A DNA stretch of 64,000 nt from Polyangiales bacterium (lineage in GTDB: Bacteria; Myxococcota_A; Polyangia; Polyangiales; Ga0077539), in NCBI GenBank assembly GCA_044229975.1, contig JBGARZ010000006.1, forward strand, positions 128,001 through 192,000, read 5' to 3'. Below, piece by piece: positions 58,572 through 64,000 of this stretch; position 1 is the stretch's first letter; the number at the start of each line of letters is the position of its first letter. The notes under the pieces were generated by a model, which was given only the letters and a program-made list of their open reading frames with translations, searched no databases and was not told the origin of the DNA. The position numbers and the translations under genes were made by a program.

Positions 58572-60739
58572 GGCAGTGGCTCCGGGCTGCGTCGCCGGGT
58601 CACCAACAAGAGAATCAGGAATATGAGCACGGCATAGGCCGCGGCGTAGCCGTACTGGGCTTGTCGGGTGAAGGCCCAGCGGTAGGCCTCGCTCACGAGG
58701 ATGTCGGTCTCGCCGTCGGGCTCTCCACCCGAGACGAGAAACACCACGTTGAACTGGTTGAAGGTCCAGACGGCGCCCATCGCGACGGAGGGGCCCATCG
58801 CGGGGCGCAGCATCGGGACGGTGATCTTCCAGAACTGTTGCCATGGTGAAGCGCCGTCGACGGCGGCGGCTTCGTAGAGGTCCTTCGGGATGCCCGCGAG
58901 GGCGCCGATGGTCACCACCATCATGAAGGGAAAGCCGAGCCAGACGTTGGTCGCGACGTTGGCCGCAAACGCGGTGGAGAAGCGCGCGAACCAGCTCACG
59001 GGCTCTCCGCCGAGGGCGGTGAGCACGGCGTTTACGGCGCCGAACTGGCGATGGAACATCCCCTTCCACGCGAGCGCGGTCACGTACGAGGGCACCGCCC
59101 ACGGGATGATGAGAAGCACCCGGTAGAGGGCCTTCATTCGCAAGAGCGGTCGGGAGAGCAGGAGCGCCAGCGCGACGCCGATGGAGACGTGCAGCGTGAT
59201 GTTGACCGCCGTCCAGAGCACGGTGACCAGCAGCACCCGATAGAACGACCCCGTGGCCAGCAGCGGTCCGCCGCGGGCGACGAGGATGTCGACATAGTTG
59301 GCGAGACCGACGTAGTAGGCGTGTCCGTCGCGGGTCGCGTAGAGGGAGGTGACGGCGCCGAGGACGAGCGGGACGACCACGAGCAGCGCGAGGGTGACGG
59401 CCGCGTGGGTGACCCACGCATAGGCGGGGAGCGATCGTCGGAGGTCGCGGCGGAAGATCGGGTCGCGCAGCCCGCGGACGGCGTTGAAACACAGCGCGAG
59501 CGCGAGGGCGCCGAGGGCGAGCAGGGCGAGGGTGGCGTCGCGACGCGCAGGCAGCGGGCGGGTCACGTCGGTGAAGCGATGGAGGCCCTCGTCGAGGGCC
59601 GTGCGGGGCGATCGGTCGCCGCGCAACGCCTTCAAGATGCTCTGCCGCGCGGGCTCGAACACCGCGCGCATGTGCGGGTGCACAGGCATCGGGCGGGCGT
59701 GCGCGGCGGCCTCACGAAACACCGAGAGGACAGGGTCGCGGGCGAGGTCGGGGTCGGCGGTCCAGGCGTCGCGGGTGGCGACGACCTGGCGGCCGACGCG
59801 GGCGCGGAGCACGGCGGCGGGGACGGCGGTGAGCGCGTCGGCGAGGGAGATGGCAGCGGCGCGGTCGGCGGTGCGCGCGGAGACGAAGGCGCCCTCGACG
59901 GTGGCGTAGGGCTCCATGCGGCGACCGTCGGCGTCGAGCACGACGGGCAATGGCGCGACGCGGAAGGGGACGCGGCCGGCGAGGTCGGCGGCGAGCCAGG
60001 GGCCCGAGATGGCGGTGGCGGCGCGGCCGGTGACGAAGAGCTGGGAGACGAGGGCGCCGGAGGGTTCTTCGGGGATGACGCGGGCGCGGGTGAGGGCGAT
60101 GACGCGGGCGAGCGAGCGCTCGGCGGCGGGGCCGACGAAGGTGTAACGACCGGCGTCGTCGAGCATGGCGCCGCCGTAGGCGTGCAGGAGCGGCGCGTGG
60201 AAGTAGGCGCCGGTGGACTCATACACGAGCGGGTAAGAGTCGGCGGGGAGGCGCGGGCGGAGGGCCTCGATGGACTCCAGTGAGGGAGGGGGCTCGGCGG
60301 AGGGCCAGAGCGCGGGGTTGATGAAGAGCGCGACGCACTTCACAGAGAGGGGGAAGGCGTAGAGGTCGCCCGCGGCCGTGAGGGCGCGCACGGCGGTGTC
60401 GTCGAAGCGCGCGGCGGTGAGGGGGAAGGCGGGGTCGGAGGCGCGGGCGACGGGCGTGACGAGGCCGAGGGAGCGGTAGCTGGCGAGGCGCTCGTGGGCG
60501 TCGAGGAAGACATCGGGACCGTGGCCGTGGGGGATGGCCGACTCCAGCTTGGAGGCGTAGGCCTCGAAGGGAACAGCGAGCACATCGAGGGTCGCGGCGG
60601 GGTGGGCGCGGCGCCAGTCGTCGAGGACGCGGTCGAGGGCGGTCTGCTCGGCGCCACGATAGGCGTGCCAGAGCGTGAGGTGCTGCGCCGAGAGAGAGGG
60701 CGTGAGGAGAAGGAGGGAGAGGAGGGTCGCTGCGCCCAC
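58568..60739 (-). CDS. Fused sugar-binding protein and MalF-like permease
   Basis: LTLWHAY, GPDVF, ISGPW then IPWAVP, WLGFPFMM, LYEAAAVDGA; start uncertain (GTG 60739 or ATG 60850). Confidence 0.85.
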   Translation of the reverse strand: MGAATLLSLLLLTPSLSAQHLTLWHAYRGAEQTALDRVLDDWRRAHPAATLDVLAVPFEAYASKLESAIPHGHGPDVFLDAHERLASYRSLGLVTPVARASDPAFPLTAARFDDTAVRALTAAGDLYAFPLSVKCVALFINPALWPSAEPPPSLESIEALRPRLPADSYPLVYESTGAYFHAPLLHAYGGAMLDDAGRYTFVGPAAERSLARVIALTRARVIPEEPSGALVSQLFVTGRAATAISGPWLAADLAGRVPFRVAPLPVVLDADGRRMEPYATVEGAFVSARTADRAAAISLADALTAVPAAVLRARVGRQVVATRDAWTADPDLARDPVLSVFREAAAHARPMPVHPHMRAVFEPARQSILKALRGDRSPRTALDEGLHRFTDVTRPLPARRDATLALLALGALALALCFNAVRGLRDPIFRRDLRRSLPAYAWVTHAAVTLALLVVVPLVLGAVTSLYATRDGHAYYVGLANYVDILVARGGPLLATGSFYRVLLVTVLWTAVNITLHVSIGVALALLLSRPLLRMKALYRVLLIIPWAVPSYVTALAWKGMFHRQFGAVNAVLTALGGEPVSWFARFSTAFAANVATNVWLGFPFMMVVTIGALAGIPKDLYEAAAVDGASPWQQFWKITVPMLRPAMGPSVAMGAVWTFNQFNVVFLVSGGEPDGETDILVSEAYRWAFTRQAQYGYAAAYAVLIFLILLLVTRRRSPEPLP

Positions 60740-60972
60740 TTGGAGGCCGGGGTTGGTCGCGTCCCGCGCCTGCACCCCGGGCAAGCGAAAGCCGGCGCCC
60801 CTCCGGGGCTTTCGGAAGGTCGTCACGACGCTCACTGAGCTGCCCGACATTCGCCGATCGGCTGAGATCGATGTCGGTGATCGCTTCTGGAAGCCCCGGA
60901 GGGGCGCCTGCTTTCGCTTGCCCGGGGTGCAGGCGCGGGACGCGACCAACCCCGGCCCCCAAGCGGGCGCAG
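60730..60972. mobile_element. 243-bp palindromic non-autonomous element (REPIN/MITE-like)
   Basis: 89-bp inverted arms 60730-60818 and 60884-60972 with 5 mismatches; 65-bp spacer; each arm contains a GCCCCTCCGGGGC hairpin. Confidence 0.8.
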
Positions 60973-60992
60973 AGGTTGTGAGAGTAGCAGGC

Positions 60993-62075
60993 TCACGTCC
61001 CCTCCGCGTCGAAGGCGCGCTCGGTCTCCGGGTCAAACAAATGCACCGCCTCCGCGGCGACCCGCAGCCGCAGCACGTCGCCCGCCTTCGGCAACACCGC
61101 GCCGCCTTCGAGGCGCGCCACGAAGGCCACGTCACCCACCTTGCCGTGCGCGTACGCCTCGAAGCCCATCGGCTCGACCACCTCGACGCGCAGATGCACC
61201 TCTCCCTCCGGGTCGGGGACCACGTCGTGCGGACGCACCCCGATGACCACCGGGCGCTTCGGCGTCGCGCGGGCGAAGCGCGCCGGGTCGACCGCCACGC
61301 GCAGGCCCGGCGCCTCGGCGGAGCGACCGGCGTCGTCGATGAGGCCGGTGAGGAAGTTCATGGAGGGTGAGCCCATGAAGGCCGCGACGAAGCGCGACAC
61401 CGGGCGCTGGTAGACCTCCAACGGCGGCCCTTGCTGCTCGACGGCGCCCGCACGCAACACCACCAGACGATCGGCCAGGGTCATGGCCTCCACCTGGTCG
61501 TGGGTCACGTAGATCATCGTGGCGCCGAGGCTCGCGTGCAGGCGCTTGATCTCGACGCGCACCTGCGCCCGCAGCGCCGCGTCGAGGTTGCTCAGCGGCT
61601 CATCAAACAGAAACACCTGCGGCCGACGAACCACCGCCCGCCCCATCGCCACGCGCTGCCGCTGGCCACCGGACATCTCCCGGGGGAAGCGGTCGAGCAG
61701 GGCTTCGATGGTGAGCATGCGCGCGACCTCGGCCACGCGGGCGGCGATCTCCTTCGGGTCGACGCCGCGGAGCTTCAGCCCGAAGGCGAGGTTGTCCCGC
61801 ACGGTGAGGTGCGGATAGAGCGCGTAGCTCTGAAACACCATCGCGATGTCGCGGTCGCGCGGGGGCGCGCGGGTGACGTCGCGGTCGCCGAGGCGGATGG
61901 TCCCCTCGTCGGGCTCTTCGAGGCCCGCGATGGTGCGGAGCAGCGTGCTCTTGCCGCAGCCCGACGGCCCCACCAGCACCGCGAACTCCCCGTCGGTCAG
62001 CGACAGGTCGATGCCGCGCAAGATCAGGTTGGGCCCGAGCGACTTGCGGATCCCTCGCAAACTGACGGCGGCCAC
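60993..62075 (-). CDS. Sugar ABC ATP-binding protein (MalK/UgpC-like)
   Basis: GPSGCGKST, MSGGQRQR, FDEPLSNLD, HDQVEAMT. Confidence 0.95.
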   Translation of the reverse strand: MAAVSLRGIRKSLGPNLILRGIDLSLTDGEFAVLVGPSGCGKSTLLRTIAGLEEPDEGTIRLGDRDVTRAPPRDRDIAMVFQSYALYPHLTVRDNLAFGLKLRGVDPKEIAARVAEVARMLTIEALLDRFPREMSGGQRQRVAMGRAVVRRPQVFLFDEPLSNLDAALRAQVRVEIKRLHASLGATMIYVTHDQVEAMTLADRLVVLRAGAVEQQGPPLEVYQRPVSRFVAAFMGSPSMNFLTGLIDDAGRSAEAPGLRVAVDPARFARATPKRPVVIGVRPHDVVPDPEGEVHLRVEVVEPMGFEAYAHGKVGDVAFVARLEGGAVLPKAGDVLRLRVAAEAVHLFDPETERAFDAEGT

Positions 62076-62159
62076 GAGCGCGAGTGTTTCAGAACTACCC
62101 CCTCGTTGGAACCTCCATATCTCCCCTCCCGCCCGCGCGCTTCGGGATAGGGTCCGCCC

Positions 62160-63461
62160 GTGCGTCGCCCCCTGCTCCTGCTTTTGCTCTGCGCCGCGGC
62201 GACGCTGTGCGCCTGGGCCGCGGTGACGGGCGACCCCCTCCTCGACGACATGCGCCTCGTCCCGCTGCGTCGGCCCTTCCCCGCCGCCGACATCTTCGCG
62301 CAGCCGCCGCGCTGGCAGCCCGCGGTGACCCTCTCCTTCCGCGCCGTCGCCGCCCTCTCGCCGCGCCGCTTCGCCACCGCCGTCTCGCTCCACCACCTCT
62401 TCTCGCTGGCGCTGTTTCTCGTCGCCGTCGGGCTGCTCCTCGGCCTCGCGCCCACCCGTCCGCCCGGCGCCACCGTCCGCCCGTGGCACGCGCTCGTCCT
62501 CGCCGCCTTCGCGCTGCACCCCACCCTCGTCGAGGCCTACGGCCACCTCTCGGGTCGCGGCGAGGCCATCGCCCTCGCCGCCCTCGCCGCCCTCGCGCTC
62601 ACCCTCCAGCGCGGCCACCGCGCGCTCCCGCTCGGTTTTACCCTCCTCGGTATGGCCGCCTCGCCCGTCGCGGGCCCCGCCGCTGTCGCCCTCGCCGCGG
62701 GCGCCGCGCTCGATGACCCGTCCGCCCGCTCGCGACGCACGGCCCTCGCCGTCGCGCTCACCGCCGTCGTCACGGCGCTCGTCACCTGGGGGCCCGCTCC
62801 GACCTTCGCGACCGTGCTCCGCTGGGCCGCGCGCATCCCGCGCGCCGTGTCCGTCGTCGCGCGCACCCTGCTCGTCCCCACCGAGACCGCCCTCCGCCTC
62901 CCCCACTGGGAACTCTCCCGTCCCCTCACCCTCGTCGGATGGTTCCTGGCGGCGCTGCCTTTACTCGTCAGCGTATTCCTCTGGCGTCGCGGGGCCCGCG
63001 GCTCGGCCGTCAGGGTGCTGGGCGTCGCGGCGTGCGCGCTCCCGCTGGTGATGCGGGCCGACTCCCTCGCCTTCGGGCTCGACCGCTACCTCGTGGGCCC
63101 GCTGGTGCTGGTGGGCGTGTCCGCGCTCGCCGCTCCGCCGCCCGCCTGGATCGCCGCGCTCTCCATCCCCGCCCGCCGCCTGGTGGGCGCTTCGGCGGTG
63201 GCGCTGTTGGCGTTGCTGGGCTTCATGACGCAACAGACGGCGGGCGGCTTCGTGTCCGACGCGCACCAGCTCGACGCCATGACCCAGATGCGCCCGCGCG
63301 ACCCGTCGGGTCACCTCCGCAACGCGTGGTTCGCCGTGCGCACCGGCGACCAGAACACCACCCAGCGCGGGCTGCGCGGCGCCACGCGTCAACCGCTGAC
63401 GCCGCTGATGGCCCGGGTCGCGCGCGCCATCAGGACGGCCGCGGCGGGGCGGCGCCCGTAG
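62160..63461 (+). CDS. Polytopic membrane protein, possible GT-C glycosyltransferase
   Basis: LLDD loop after TM1, FALHP..VEA...LSGR.E, DRYL. Confidence 0.6.
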   Translation: MRRPLLLLLLCAAATLCAWAAVTGDPLLDDMRLVPLRRPFPAADIFAQPPRWQPAVTLSFRAVAALSPRRFATAVSLHHLFSLALFLVAVGLLLGLAPTRPPGATVRPWHALVLAAFALHPTLVEAYGHLSGRGEAIALAALAALALTLQRGHRALPLGFTLLGMAASPVAGPAAVALAAGAALDDPSARSRRTALAVALTAVVTALVTWGPAPTFATVLRWAARIPRAVSVVARTLLVPTETALRLPHWELSRPLTLVGWFLAALPLLVSVFLWRRGARGSAVRVLGVAACALPLVMRADSLAFGLDRYLVGPLVLVGVSALAAPPPAWIAALSIPARRLVGASAVALLALLGFMTQQTAGGFVSDAHQLDAMTQMRPRDPSGHLRNAWFAVRTGDQNTTQRGLRGATRQPLTPLMARVARAIRTAAAGRRP

Positions 63462-64000
63462 GGCGGAGAAAACGTCGGCGCAGGTAGCGCTGGGCCGGGT
63501 CTTCGAGGCCGTGGTGCAGCGCCGCGGCGATGATGCTGTGGAGGACATAGAGCACCAGCAGGGCGATCCACTCGCGGTGGATGAAGCGCTGGACGTAGCG
63601 CGCGAGCCACATGGAGAGGAGGGCGCTGCCGATGACGGCGTCCTGCGAGAGATAGAGGGAAAAGGAGATGCGCCCCGCGTACACGACGGGGCGCGCGGCG
63701 AAGAGGGGAGTCAACCACGAGCGGCCGTAGAGCCCGAGGATGGTCAGCGCGCCGCCGGCGGAGAAGAGCCGGACGACGACGCGGTAGGCAGGGTTGGCCC
63801 CGGCTCCGACGGCGCCGCCACGGGACTCCATCCACCACGCCGACCACCACCAGACGGCGGCGCCGAGGAGGACGAGGGCGGTCGATCGGGCGCGCGAGCG
63901 CAGCCACGGGCTGTCGGGGAAGCGCAGCGCGACGAGGCCCGCGAGGATGCCGCAGGCGAAGTCCGAGAAGCGGCTGAGGAGGGTCATGCCCCACAGGCCG
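63430..64000 (-). CDS. Acyltransferase-3 (OafA-like) membrane protein (5' truncated)
   Basis: F..GIL, YAGRISFSLYL, HHGLEDP; frame open to the window edge. Confidence 0.75.
   Translation of the reverse strand, partial: GLWGMTLLSRFSDFACGILAGLVALRFPDSPWLRSRARSTALVLLGAAVWWWSAWWMESRGGAVGAGANPAYRVVVRLFSAGGALTILGLYGRSWLTPLFAARPVVYAGRISFSLYLSQDAVIGSALLSMWLARYVQRFIHREWIALLVLYVLHSIIAAALHHGLEDPAQRYLRRRFLRPTGAAPPRPS

Overview
Very GC-rich bacterial DNA, most likely Myxococcota/Polyangiales-like (MYXO-CTERM tail, FHA-sigma54 activator, several Ser/Thr kinases, Cys-rich lipoproteins). It holds about 54 densely packed genes; both end genes are truncated. I found no rRNA, tRNA, CRISPR array or intact transposase. 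Main content: AddA-like helicase, DHS-family enzyme, fused LeuD-LeuC-type dehydratase, glgA beside one of two paralogous ATP-grasp ligases, a guanidine-III riboswitch with a Gdx/SugE exporter, and a kinase/PEGA/lipoprotein/FHA-sigma54 block with a visible sigma54 promoter. Also present: a candidate defence cassette (nucleotidyltransferase, small gene, AAA ATPase, HNH), scattered microcompartment genes (eutC-eutL-eat without eutB, plus a lone eutE), a frameshifted Rpn-like gene with an intact internal small ORF, an AT-hook nucleoid-like protein, and a sugar ABC operon interrupted by a 243-bp palindrome. All calls come from motif recognition by eye; no database searches were run.
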